From the NCBI RefSeq assembly GCF_009914755.1, contig NC_060929.1: a DNA stretch of 64,000 bases. The stretch is one strand, 5' to 3'. Position numbers and translations under genes: made by a program. The notes under the pieces were generated by a model. That model saw only the letters and a list, made by a program, of their open reading frames with translations, was not told where the DNA came from and did no database searches. Shown here piece by piece: positions 15,983 to 29,354 of this stretch (positions within the stretch are counted from its first letter, which is position 1; every line of letters begins with the position of its first letter). The DNA is from the human T2T-CHM13v2.0 reference genome, Homo sapiens.

Positions 15983-15986
<4 letters not shown>
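15637..15986 (+). mobile_element. MLT1 (G/H-like) MaLR LTR, 3' portion
   Basis: catgttgtgagaaag...ggccacatggaaaagccac...tgtgagtgaataagc...gttatacaaccagagcaactggaaca end. Confidence 0.75.
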
Positions 15987-16013
<27 letters not shown>

Positions 16014-16059
16014 GCAAAACATTCTTTGAAGATGACATACACGTACACACACACACACA
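15984..16059. repeat. Two imperfect (CA)n tracts
   Basis: acacacacacacacacacaaacacacacac and acacgtacacacacacacac. Confidence 0.85.
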
Positions 16060-16089
16060 TTCTGGCTAGTGGTGGCCTTTAACAGCCTA

Positions 16090-16240
16090 ATTAACTGACT
16101 TAATGTTCATTTCCTTGGTCTATTAAGTGGAGATAATAATGGCTCCTAGTACATAAAGTTGTGTAAAATAAATAGGACAATGTTTATATATCTCTTAGCA
16201 CAGTGCCTGGCACATAATAGGTGCTCAGTGACTGTCACCA
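16090..16240 (+). mobile_element. MIR 3' part
   Basis: ggagataataat...cttagcacagtgcctggcacataataggtgctcag. Confidence 0.75.
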
Positions 16241-17679
16241 TAAAATAAAATTACTTATTCTATAAAATAAAATTTAAAGTCATCATTACTGTTATTACTT
16301 TGCCATTGGGCATGGGCCCAGTTTACAACTTATGTGTTTTTCCCCTAGAGCTCACTTAAAAAGTTTTCAAATAAAAGTGCCACCCAAGCTGTACTATTAT
16401 CTAAATAGTTTCTGAAGCATGTAAGAAAATCAGAGCTATGGATAATTAGAGGTCAGCTGAAGAGACCAGTAAAAGACGTCTCACCACATCTTAAGGGAGA
16501 AAGAAAGCAAAAGGCTTAGAAACTAGAACAGGTTTTTTTTTTTTTAAGGCAGAATGAATATATATATTTGTCCATGAACTTTATCCAGTTGTGAAATTCA
16601 GGATGAAACCTAGACATTTATGTGTTGATGACAGTTGCCACCAATTAAATTTCATCCCAGCACAAATCAGATGGCATAAATCAAGGACTTTGAGGAAAAG
16701 GAAGTCATTTTTCCAAGAAAATGTGTTATTCCCTTTTGTACAAATGCTACCTTTTGGGATCATAATTGTATTTATAACAACAGGGCCCATTGTTGTGCTG
16801 TGTCATTGTCTAGACTTTTTTTGCAGAAGGCTATTGTTGTTGATTCCATAGTATTCTTTTCCATTTGCACAGGTTTTATTTGTATCATGTCATTTCTTGA
16901 AAAAATGAAGGTAAATCCAAGAGGTTCTGGAAATTCTGATTGGTGGGTAGCCTGTTGGGTTAGGTAGACTCCTGAGCACATCTAACTGTCAGATCTAACT
17001 GTCAGTTGAAAGCACAAAATTCCCAAACTAAGAGCTACCAGTCTCTATGAATCTAAGATACTCCCATGTCTTGGCCTTATACAATCGCATATTCATCTCT
17101 GGTAAGTCAAATAAAAATTACCCAACTGTTTTTTTTGAATCATTTATACCAATTGACGTCAGCATTTGGTGAAGACACTTTGATTAGGAACCTCTCCCCA
17201 TGAAAAGAGCAGGAGGGAGCACAGGGTTACCTAAGGCACTGTCTTTAACTTAGCTTTAAAATTGCAGGGCTGAACCTGGCACTGTCTATGACTACCCTGT
17301 GCAAATCACTGCTGTTGTCCCATGAGACACTTCTGACATCCTAAGCACCTGACACCCAACTTAGAAATTCCAACAACAGGGAAGTTGTTCAAGTCCTCAT
17401 CAGTGGGTGCAGGAAAAGTCTGAAATCCAATCAGATGTTGTAACTTTGAGTAGACTTATTTTCTCCCATTAGGAGATGGTTGATAGATGCATGATCTTTC
17501 TTACTAATGCTCTTGGTAACTCCTCATTCTCCAGGAAACATTTTTCACTCTTTCCTTACTAACTTCCTACCCCTACCCCCTTTTAACATAATCTTCAGCC
17601 AGGCTAGAAGACTGTGCTATGAGGAACCATTGCACCTTCTATTTATCTTTATTATCCTGTTTTCATTGCTATTGCTACC

Positions 17680-19325
17680 TTTACCTGTCTTCCTTGCTTG
17701 ATTTTATATTCCACAATGGGAAAGACGGTATCTATCATGGTACCCCCAGTACCCCCTAGTGCACAGACTGGCAAAAAGTAAACACAGTAACAGTGAGTGT
17801 TGGAAAAAACAGTAAATGAGTGAACAAGCTTACCAGATTCACGGGTCCTAAACCTCCTAGTAATTGAACTAATCATTTCTATGGCTTCAAAATGAAATCA
17901 CAATTTAATTGAAGAAATAGGGTAAATACACAGGTTGGTATTGAACAAGCTTTTAAAAGCCCATAAAATAATAAAGACTACTAGGTACACTGTTGATCTC
18001 CTTGCCTGTAATCTCTCAGCTTTCTCATTACCTCCTGAATACTGCTAAAAGTCCAGTTTCACAGGAATTAAAGGAAATAGTGCAGTCATCTTAATTATGT
18101 GAATTTAAATCCCCGTCTTGCTTTACATCAGCAGTGTGCCTTAGTTTGCTCATTGTTAAAGCTGTGTTAATAATTTTACTGTTATTTGAGGATTAGAAAT
18201 AATATACATAAAGCACCTAGTACAGGGGTCAGAATGTGGCAGTATGCATTATGTAAAACCCCTCTCAATAGTAGCATTGTATTCTCATTTTTAAACACTT
18301 TCGGTGACTCCCCATTGCCGACCTAAAGAATAAAATTAGGTAACACAGTTAATCCCACAATGGGTTCTTTCTTTTCCAGCCTCAAATCCCTCTATATTTC
18401 TCCTATTTCAGATTCTCCATCCAAATTGCCCACTCCTTCTTCTTCAACATGCTTGGAACTTTCAAGACTTTGTACCTTTGGTTATACTGTATTATCAGGC
18501 TGGATTGTTATTTCTTATCTGCTGAAATTCCTTTTACTGTGAGAGGCCATATTGAGCCGTGTTTAAGAACATGGACTAACGGGTCCAGTCTACCTGGGTT
18601 CAAATCCTAGATCCCTTGCATAATACATCTGTGACCTTGGAAAACTTACTTAACATCTCCAGGCCTCAGAGTCAGTGAGGGTACAATGGGAACAAGAAAA
18701 CACTTATCTTCCAGGGTTACAAAGATGAAAGGAATTCGCATGCGTAAAGTTATAATAATGTACCTATAACCGTGTATGGAATGAAGTGAGCGCTGCCTGG
18801 AATATTAGTTGCTATCATCGTCAGACTCATCATCAATATCATCAACAATAGTTTCTTCAAGAATTCTCCATAAATGCTTTCCCCTGTCATTTGTCACTGT
18901 CTGCTCTTTCCTTAGTCTTCTGCCAACACTTTTCTTGTATCTTTATTATAGAACTTAAAAATTATGTTTTATATTATAGTAAATGGTTTGAATGCTTGCC
19001 ACCACCATAATATTCTATGTTTCTTTAGGGTGAAGGCCATGATGCCCTCTTCCTCATTTTTTCTCTTATAGAAGGATCTTAGAAAAGTGTTTTCATAAAT
19101 GCTGGACACAGGCTAAGTGTGAAATGAATACGAAAGCATGTGTCTATTTATTATTTACATGTTCTTTTATCTGTCTTCTTGTATGATAACGAGAACATTG
19201 ACCTCGTCTGTCACTGCTGTAATTCCAGAGCTTAAAATAGTGCCTGTCACAACACAGGCACTTGGGACTCATTTGTCGAATAAAAGAAGAAATAAATGAA
19301 TCCATGAATTAATGGAAGAATTGAT
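17680..19325 (+). mobile_element. Cluster of interleaved L2 and MIR relics (clearest MIR ~18545-18825)
   Basis: ctgggttcaaatccta...ctgtgaccttggaaaacttacttaac (MIR); tagtgcctgtcacaacacaggcact...aataaatgaat (L2 3' end); internal boundaries uncertain. Confidence 0.6.
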
Positions 19326-19937
19326 AAATCAAGGCATCTGCATTTGAGGTTTTCTGAAACTCTCTCTGTAGTGAATTAGAAAGTGTGTGCTGTGGCCCTA
19401 AGGTTCCTCTTGCATTTCCACACATAAACATGCCTATATGTATGAAGAATGCAAAACGGAAATTATTTCCAGAAACAGGATACAAATTGGACATGGGGGA
19501 AACTGCTTGAGTAGGTGGCAGGAAGATATTTGAACAAAAATATCTTGCCTAGAGAAAAGCAGGTGGAATTTGCCTTTTCAACATTTTTGTGCCAAGCTGG
19601 ATAATTTACTTCTCACCTGGGAACAGTTTCCTTCCTGCAGCCATAATGTGAGTTTCACCACAGCTGTGGAGCTAAAGTCAAAGTCAAAGACAGAGAAGCA
19701 TGCTTAGAATCTAGGAGTGCCCTTATCAAACTAGCCTCAGGTCCCTCAAGCGTGAACGTCAGTGACAAAAAATAAGCTACTACACAATCATATTTGAGAT
19801 CTTTCTGTCCTCTCCTGATTCCAGAAGTAAATATAAATGGGAGCAGTTCAGACACTGCTTTCTTGTACAGAATCTGAGCAGTGAGCATAGTGCAAATAAA
19901 AAATTAACACACCAAAACCACAACATTTATAATCTAT

Positions 19938-20127
19938 GGCATGGATTGGCAGTACTTCCTTTTTGTAAATAATGTTTTATTGAAACAAAGTCATATGCAT
20001 TCATGTAAGTATGACCTGTGTTGATTTCTGGCTACAATGGCAAAGTTGAATAAGTGCGACAGAGATCTGTCTCACAAGTGTAAAATATTTGCTATCTGCC
20101 CTTGAAAAACAAAGTTTGCAACTCCTG
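19938..20127 (+). mobile_element. MER58A hAT-Charlie element
   Basis: tttttgtaaataatgttttattgaaaca...gctacaatggcaaagttga...gcgacagaga...aaaatatttgctatctg...aaagtttgcaactcctg. Confidence 0.85.
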
Positions 20128-21802
20128 TTCTCAATAATCTAGAGTAGCTGTTCAGCCTTACATGATACATTAGCTTTGGGATCTGCAAATTGTAAGCCAT
20201 AAAGGTCTCCTAGGAATTGTTTTATGACCACATGACATATGGAAATGCATTTTTGGATTCTTCATTGGCAATAACTCTGAAGTCATATATGGTTTCTAGT
20301 TTCATTTTCTTACAATAATCACCAAATTAAATATTGGTGTCTACTCTCCTAGACTCAACTAATGCTTAATGAGATCTTTCCTTGTATTTTTACTTCATCC
20401 ATTCCTGTCTGCTAATATTTACCATTTTGTTCATTTACAATTTTCCTGAAAACTGTGAGCTGCTGCAAACTCGTGTTTCAAAACACAATGTGATATTCTG
20501 CCTTTTCCACGTTCAGAGGAGCCAACCCTATGAGGTACCTGTTAAGTATTGACACATGGGTCAAAACTATTCACTAAGATATACAATGAAAGGCTAGATT
20601 TCATTGGCTGAAAGCAAAAAAAATACTGAAATCATGAAAATAATATACTTTGATAGGCCGTATGTGTGTGTGTGAGAGAGAGGACAAAAGAATTAGAGAA
20701 AGATTATTTATGTATTCAGGAGCAGTAATGTTATCTTACGGTAATGAATCTCCAATGCATAGGATACTCCTAATACAACAGGGTAGTGGAGGAAAGCAGG
20801 TTTTGAAGTTTTGCTGAAATTTATCAATGGGATTATCTCTACTATTTCTTAAGGGACCACAGATGTATGTGGTTTTAAATTATTTTGGTTGCCGGGCAAG
20901 GATGATTTTGAATATGTTCCATGTGCCAACTAGGCAATAAGTCATCATTTTTCATGTTGCACGTGTGAAATAGGGATAAGGTCTATATCTATAGGATTTT
21001 TAGAAGAACAGCTTCAGACAATTTATGTGAAAGTGGTAAGTAAATTCTGATTTTCTTCACAATGTCTGTTATTATCATTACTACATTTACTACATTGTCA
21101 TGGCTCGTGATGAAAAGGTTTCCAACCCTGTTAACCAGAAGGCTAACATGATGTGATGAGGCCTCGTTTCAATCATCTCCTCAAATGAAAGACAATTGAT
21201 AGTGTTCTTATCAAAAGTTTTGTCTCCTGTAGAGCTGAGTCTTGAAAATCACATGCTTTAGGCAAATACAGGGAAAAGAACAGCAGTTCTCATTTCTGAC
21301 ATAACTTCACATTGTCTTTTGAAAATTTAAGCCTGAGGATACATTATGTGCTTTCTTCTTTGCACCTGGTCATACACCTTTCAGTAAATGCTTGCTGTTA
21401 AAATGATAAATTGATGCTATTAAAACACTTTAATGCGTAGTGCACCAAAAGTGCCTACTTAAAGGCTAGTTTCCCTTCAGAATTTTGAGGAAGATGCCTT
21501 CTCAGCTTTTCTTTATTGGCACAGTTCTTAAGAGAATGGGAATATATTTGTATGTGCTTGTGTTGCTCTAAGGGTCCACCAGAGATAATGTAATATTACT
21601 GTAAAAGCTTCAAGTGGCTTTAATGAGATATTCTTAGTTGGCAAATAGCTCATCTCTTCTTCTTCTTCCTCCCTTTCTGAAGGGTTGTGAGTTTGGCAGG
21701 TGATGAAATGATACTTTTGTTTTTGTCTCAGGCTCCTTAGTTTGACTTTTCTGCCCATTGTTTTTAGAGACAATGTATGTAATTTCTGAATAAAAGATGT
21801 CT

Positions 21803-22103
21803 AGACCAGGCACGGTGGCTCACACCTGTAATCCTAGCACTTTGGAAGGCTGAGGCGGGTGGATCCCCTGAGGTCAGGAGTTCAAGAGCAGCCTGGCCAA
21901 CATGGTGAAACCTCATCTCTACTAAAAATATAAAAATTAGCCAGGTGTGGTAGCAGATGCCTGTAATCCCAGCTACTCAGGAGGCTGAGGCAGGAGAATC
22001 CCTTGAACCCAGCCGGGAGCAGAGGTTGTAGTGAGCCAAGATCATACCACTTCACTCCAGCATAGGCAAAAGAGCGAGACTCTGTCTCAGAAAAAAAAAA
22101 AAA
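21803..22103 (+). mobile_element. Alu SINE, AluS (Sx-like)
   Basis: Two arms, ctgaggtcaggagttcaagagcagcctggccaacatggtgaaacc, A13 tail. Confidence 0.95.
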
Positions 22104-23569
22104 GTGTGTTACATCACAGATATTTTAAACTTTTAAAAGTTTATGTTAGAAAAATCACACATTTTGGGAAGGCCTAATAAAGCAAACAAAAAAATCAGTG
22201 TACAGCTAAAATCTTCATTGTTTTGAAAGATACACAAGCCCGGTTCTCTCTCTATAATTACATGAAGATTATAAAGACACAGAGAATCTACTTGTATGTT
22301 CTTCTTGAAATTGCCTTGCCTCCTAGATGCTGTGTGGGCTTAAATGTATTTATAATATCAAGTTATAAGTGAATCCATCAGGTTTTGGAATATTATACAA
22401 GCATGACTAATTCTTCTGGAAAGGAGAAGCCATTTTTTCCCTTAAATAGCACAGTAATTTTATCAGTGTTGATTAAATACAATTTTAGAAGCCTCAGATG
22501 AGGAAAGCATCATTATTGTAAGTTACTATGTGAAATATGTACAGCAAATGCTTATTGGAGATAGAACTAGTGTATAGTCTTAATGAGGCATTTAAACCTA
22601 TTTGGTGTTTTTGTTGAATATTTGCTGGTAATTTGAATGCTGTTTCAGAATTTATTACAATCCTCAGGCTGCAATGATATAATACTAAGATAAACTGAGT
22701 CCAAAGTGATGATTCAGGTATAAAGTAGAGATTTATTCGTGAAAACAGAAGCCTTTATTTTCATATTTTTTTCATTTTAGTAAGGAAAATATATGAAGTA
22801 TCCCCATAAAAAAGGCAACAATTATTTCCCTCAACAAATGCCTGAACTTATTGTTTTTGCTTTCTCTTCAAATTCATATTTCCTGACTTTAATTTTAATT
22901 TGGTAGGACCACAAAGAAACTAATTTCTTTACTTGTAACAAGTCATCTCTATGTGCCTAAATAACACTGTGCTAGCAACAACTTCTTACCTTTCTGACAA
23001 CTCCCACTGTCAACTGTAGACTAGTTAGAAGTTGGTACAAAGTGAAAATAAATACCTGGTTTCCCACAGGCAGTCCTCTCAAATGCCGTCTATCATTTGT
23101 AATATCTCTGACGTTATTTGGTGGTTATGATTTATCACCTTGCCACTGCATTAGTCAGCTGTGAAATCTCTATGACTCAATGGCACATAACAAAAGTAAT
23201 CAGGAAAGTGACGTTTGAATGAAGGGTTGGTGGATGGGTTTGAACAAGGTTTCTGTAACGTAAAGAACTAAGGCAGAGTAACTCCCCCAACTTTTTGAAA
23301 TCTTCTCAGGTCAGCATTTCAGTTCTTTCTCTTCATTAGTTGATACCTGTAAACTTGGCAAATAATTACCATCAGTTGAAGACAACAACAAATATGGATT
23401 TATGGAGGAGTGACAGTATAGATTTATTCTTATTTTGCATTTAACCTTGTTTTTTTTTTAAATTGTTTTCAGAATAGCCTTTTCCTAATCTTGCAAATCA
23501 ATTTCCTACTGCTTTTAAATTTTCTTGCTACCCAGCTTTTTCCAAAGTGATAAATTGGTCACAAAATGA

Positions 23570-23700
23570 TTTTATTATTTTAATAAGTATTTATTGAGCC
23601 TGGATTCTATGTTAGACATTGTGTAAGATGATGGGTTGAAGGAATGTGCATGACAGACCTGATCCTCTCTCTCAAAGAGATTTCAGTCTGATAAAATGAG
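23570..23700 (-). mobile_element. L2 3' fragment
   Basis: aataagtatttattgagcc...tatgttagacattgtg...ctctctcaaagagatttcagtctg. Confidence 0.65.
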
Positions 23701-25035
23701 TAAAATGTCTCACATTTACTTTTCTAGATTAAAGGTCCTTAGCCTTATTGGGAAAATGCTCATTTTCAAGTCTTGAAGAATATTTCATATACAAGAGACT
23801 TGGCCATGCTATACTTGAATATTTATTTCAAGCTACAGCTCTCTTCATTTGGAAATGTGATGCAAAGGTTGGCAAGAATATGACTGACCATTTAGGCATC
23901 TGCCCCTCTTAGCTCTATAGATTCTCTAAACTGAAAGTTTATATTACGTTCTATTTCCTTGTCTTGCAAACAATATTTAACCTCCTGTGGGCTAAGATGA
24001 GGAGTATTGAGTGAACTTATTAGAAAGTTTCACCACTGGAGCTCAGTTCCCTGGTTACAAACATCATCCAACAGCATTAGCCAGGAATTGTGATATGCTT
24101 GTCATTGCATCCAAGGGAGATTGGGAAAGAAAAGATAGAGGTTTTTAGGTAAAAGTCACTGACAATAATGGAAACATGGTTTAATCACAAACTTTAAAAG
24201 AAGCTGAGCTCCCTGTGAAAAAGAACTGTGCATTATTCATTTTTGATGTTAGCAACAGCTTGGATAATGTCTGAAACAGGTTGGTAACAGTAATACTATC
24301 TATCCTTTGTTGAAAGCATAGAGTGTCAGGCATCGTGCTAAAGGTTGAGTGAGAAGTGCCAGCGTGATGATGAGTTAAGTGAAAAGTACCAATGCGACGA
24401 TGAGTCGTTATTGTACAGGAGGAGGAGAGAGGCATAAAGATTAGCTGGTAGACCCTGCAGAAGTTAATGTAATAATTTTGAAAGAAATTATGTTAGCCTT
24501 CCAGTCCTCAGGAAGGAAATATGACACAATAGAGATAATACTTTGGAATGGTGTGCATTCTCTCAACTTCTCAATTATAGGAACAAGTATAGCCAAGAAC
24601 ACAGTAAGAATTGGATTACGAAGAACTAGGCACTCGTCTCATGGCCAGACTAAGCACGCTCCATTTTTGACTGGCCTGAGAATAGGAAACCACCTCATCT
24701 CCACCACAATGAAGTTAACAAAGACAGATGAAGTAAATAGTAATTTGGAATGTAGATATGTGTTTCTCTACCTTTAGTTTGGAAGACAGGTTTAAAAAAT
24801 GGTCATGAAGAGAAAAATCTTTCTTAGTTACAGAAGTATTAACTTGGGCCTAAACAGTAGAGGAATATCCCTGGTATTGTGCTGTTTCTCCCCCTGTCCT
24901 GGTTGAAGTCAGTACGCCATAGTAAGTCACGCAACTGTTTTTCCACATTGCCTCACCCAGTCTACTCTTTGATTGGGGCTTAGGAGGAAATGCTGGGAAA
25001 CAGAAACTCAAATTGGGGAGAGCTTGATGGTTTTG

Positions 25036-25038
<3 letters not shown>

Positions 25039-25086
<48 letters not shown>
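25039..25086. repeat. Perfect (TG)24 microsatellite
   Basis: Counted directly; likely length-polymorphic and Z-DNA prone. Confidence 0.97.
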
Positions 25087-25088
<2 letters not shown>

Positions 25089-26259
25089 GAGATAATGTTT
25101 CAGTCAACATAAGTCTCTTGAATCATTCTCTCTGGCATGACATCAAAGGTCTGGGCCCATCCATATGAGGCACATTGGTTAACTGATACCAAAGTTTGCA
25201 CATGGATGATTTTGTTCAGTCCTCAGATCAATCTTGCCACATATAAATTATTCATATTTCCATTTTACTGACATATGAAATAAAGTTTAAAGAAGTTAGA
25301 TGATTTATTCAGTGTCATAATGGCTAGATTAGTAGCATCAACTTCATATATGTCAGACCTTATTTTAAGGTGAACCAGGAATGGCTAGAAATAAAGAAAG
25401 TTCTTGAGAGACTGTGCCTAGTTTCTAAAGGAGTCAATTACATTTTTTATCATATATAAGGAAGGAATAAGAGAGAAGATTGAGGTAGGTTTCTAGATGG
25501 CTTTTGCTACATTGAAGTTTTAGCATTAAGAAAAAGTGATTGAAAACTGAGACAGAAATGGAAGGGAGAAATTCTTGACCACACCAGAGGAACAGACCTG
25601 GCTAGTCAAATGGGGCTGCACGATTTTTTGCTTCAGTTCCAGGCAACTGGCTGGAGACTACAAAGAGATCATATCCATACAATCTTACGTGTCAGCTGTG
25701 ATCTCATCCAATACCTTCGCTGCTAACGATGTCCTGCTAATGTAAACGTAAATGAGCCTGAAGTAGTGGCTTCACAAATCGAGCTCCAGATAAATTAACC
25801 CTTCTTCCCCTCTACTGTACACTGTCCTCAAGCCCAACTGTCCATTAACTGAACACATAACCGGAGATGCACACCCTCAAAATCTGCTCACAGCATTCTT
25901 CCCCTGTGCCTGTGTGGAAAATCCTCTTGGCATTTAAGATCATCATCTCCCTCAAGCCATCCTGTCAAAAAAGAAGAGCCTTAAGTGAAATGCTGTAGAT
26001 CAGTGAGTTGGTAAACCAACTATGGAAACAGTGTGTTACAACCCATCAGACCTCTGAAAATATCCTACTTTGAAGATGTAAGAATGAGACAGACACATCA
26101 GAATTAGGTCCCAGAGAAGCATATGGTATGTGGGTGGGTTCAGATAACCTTTTTAAATGATAAGAATTTTTCACTTCTCATTCCAACCTCAGAAACAGCT
26201 TTCAAACTGAGTTTCAATAGAGGGGTTATAGATTATAGTCATACAATATTATACAGCCC

Positions 26260-26510
26260 CAAATTATTGAGTATTTAATATGTGCCTGGCACTGAGCTAA
26301 GTGTATAACTGCAAGGTATCATTAGCCCCCTAGAAGCAACTTAACAGGTTGGAATTATTTTTAATCTCATTTTTTTCAGATAAGAAAAGAGACCAGAGAG
26401 GTAAAGTGCCCTATCACCCTATCTAAGGTTACAGAACTAGTCTTACTGATTTGATTCAATTGTAGATCCTTATGGATGTAATCCTTTTGCTCTTCAAATG
26501 TTAGATCACG
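26260..26510 (-). mobile_element. MIR
   Basis: tattgagtatttaatatgtgcctggcactgagctaag...ctcatttttttcagataagaaaa...agagaggtaaagtg...aaggttacagaactag. Confidence 0.75.
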
Positions 26511-28099
26511 CTGCTTGAAAACAAAGGCCAGAAACTGACAGAGGAAATGAGTCTAATGGAAGCAACACTTCTGAGTACCTAATATGTGCTGGGTACTTTA
26601 TCAAGAAAAATATTCAAAGTAGAAAGGATATTTTATGTGTTCCTAGGGTCAGTCGAAGACATGCCTTATGGTGGAATACAACTTAATACAGGAGTCTGAT
26701 GAATGTCTCACAGGTAAGATAGAAGTCTGGGAGGAAGGATCTGATTCTAATTGTTTAGTAGAACTAAAAATTTAACTAGAGAAAAAGCATTAATCAGAAA
26801 GATGGAATGGGAACTGTTCTGTACAAGAAATGACAGCAGCTGTTTGGAAGAGAAAACTGGGGGATTATGTGTAATCTCTACTGGGTTTTCAAATAAACTA
26901 CAGGGCTAAAAGGACACATAGAATGGATTTGATAGAGAAAAGGATTTTAGATTTTGAAATCAATGAACAATACTGGGTAATAGGGATGTGGATCGGTAGG
27001 CTTGCTTGTAGCATCAATATATTGAAGTATTTGTATTATTTAATAGCAGATTGTATTATTTGCTTTTCATAAAAGAACTATAATTGATCTTTGAGAAGTC
27101 TGGTGACAGAAAACAGGTATAGACTGATTGGCCTTATTAAGTTTAAATATTTGAAAAGTTATAATTCATGCAAATGTTTAGCTTTTCTTTCTTTCATTGC
27201 GCAAGGGCAAAACCTGCCTTGGCTGGTATTTACTTTTCTAATTAGAAAAGCTTGAGTGATGTGAACAATTAAGATAATACAATACCTTTACAAGATAATT
27301 AATCTTTTCTTTGTGATTCATCCTATCACATCCCAAGCTGATAATGTTATTTACCTCCCAGTTAAGGGTATGTTAGAATGTAATTGGAGCCATTTGCTTT
27401 GACTATCAGAGGAGAAAAGATCATGCAATTTGCATCTCATCTATCTAGAAATTAAAATGGAAGGACTGACCACTTGACACCACAGAAATTCCTGAAATGA
27501 AGCCTGCTGAGCTCAATTTGTTGTGGCGGCTAAATGATTCTTCTCTCCAATTTGAATGCATGATGAAACTCCTATTAGAACATCGCACTATAATAATTGA
27601 CAACATAATGAAACTGCCAAAGATGAAATGCAAATACTTCTCTGCTGACCGTTCAGAACTGCTCTCTAAACTTAGAGTGAAGCAAATGCCTTTGCCAGAT
27701 GAGTTACATTCCCCTTTATTCTACCTTCTCTCTATCCATCAGGGGCTACTGCAACATTCTTTTGGACACCTATCCCTTTAGAATCAAGCAGTTTAATTAG
27801 CACCAACAGTAGGTTTCAGATTTCGGAATGGCCTAACAGGTATACAGATTTAACTAGAAATAATATATGAAAACAACTACTCCTATCTTCTATTAGTATT
27901 ATTTTATAAAAGAAATGTATTTCAGCATAAAAATGTAGAAAATGTTATCCTTCTATAATAATTTTGTAACATAATTTAGCATCACTAAAACTATAATGTT
28001 TTTAGTTTTCTGGGGTTTTCCTCTGATGAGGTACCACCTCTGGTTTTTAGAAATCACTAATTTATATACACTAGCTCTACCTGTTGTTGTTGTTTTTAA

Positions 28100-28990
28100 C
28101 TAACCTTTAAATCCATTATAATTTGGCCTCTAATCCTTTTAAGATGCCTAACTAGTAACATATTCAGCTGCTAATTCAATGATCACTGTCTCCTTCATTT
28201 GACTGAATCTCTCATCAGCATTTAACATTAGTAATCAGTTTTTTCTTGAAAAAAAAAAAAAAAAGAAACCTCTGTTTCTATAGTTTTAACTACTCCATAA
28301 ACTCTTGCCTTTTCTCTAGAGTCATTCCCTTCCTTTTCTACAATTTCTTCTTTATTGTAGAAAGGTTGGTGTTTTTCAGGATTCTGTCTTAATGCAGCTT
28401 CCTTTCTTACTCTGCACATTCATCCTGGGTGATCTTTTTTATTCCTATGGCTTTAACTAATCACAAATTTTGATCCAGGTGGGATCTCATTTCTTAGAAT
28501 CAGATCAATATCTCCAACCATTAGACATTTCCGACTGAATACCATAAAAGCATTTCAAACAAATCCCAAACTGAGCTCATCATTTCTCCCTATGCTTTTG
28601 TGATTCCTGACTCTGTATGTAGAATTACTGTTTTTCTATTGTTGAAGCCACACATGTAGATATCATCTTGACTCAGTCATCAAGTCCTGTTATTCTGTCT
28701 CCTAATTCAAGACAATATTACTTTGCACTTGAAATCCTTCAATAATTGTGTCCCCGCCAACATTGTCCCTGAACCATTCTCTTCACTACAACCAGAGCAT
28801 GTTTTTAAAAAACACATCTGATTACATCACTTGCAGATGATGTTCCAATGGCTTCCCCTGTACCATTTGGAGAAGATCCCCTAGCTTATAAAACCCTGCA
28901 CACTCCTGAGCTGCTCCTTGCATATAGCTCCAGCTGATTCTTTAATTATTCTACCAATGTCTTTTAGCACTCCTTCCACCTCCATTCAAC
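28100..28990 (+). mobile_element. L2 LINE fragment
   Basis: tctctcatcagcatttaaca...cccaaactgagctcatcatt...cagtcatcaagtcctg...catctgattacatcact...ttccaatggcttccc, typical L2 ORF2/3' motifs. Confidence 0.7.
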
Positions 28991-29109
28991 ATTGGAGAAA
29001 ATCCTTCTTTTTTCATATAAATTATAATCAACAAAACAGGTTTTAATTCTCTTTACTTAAATATTTTTGGAGACCAAGGATATGCATTATGTAAAATACA
29101 TAAAATTAT

Positions 29110-29320
29110 AATGAGGCAATGAAATATATTCATTAACAGCATGGGCTTTGGAATCATGAATCCTGATATATCTAAATATTATCTCTTCTGATCTCAATCA
29201 TATTACTAAACTACTTCAATTTTCTAATATGTAATATGGAGATAATATTACTACATGTCTTTCCAGAAATGACATTTGGTTTACATGAGATAATACTGGT
29301 TCAGCATTTAATACAATCTG
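29110..29320 (+). mobile_element. Degraded MIR
   Basis: agcatgggctttggaatca...tgtaatatggagataata...atgagataata. Confidence 0.55.
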
Positions 29321-29354
29321 TTTGGAGGTGTTTTGTCATTTTTGTTATCACGTA

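Noticed and set aside
24360-24460. GTGATGA box C-like motif with nearby CpGs (snoRNA?)
   Set aside because: No appropriately placed CTGA box D or terminal stem; the upstream sequence resembles an L2/MIR tail.
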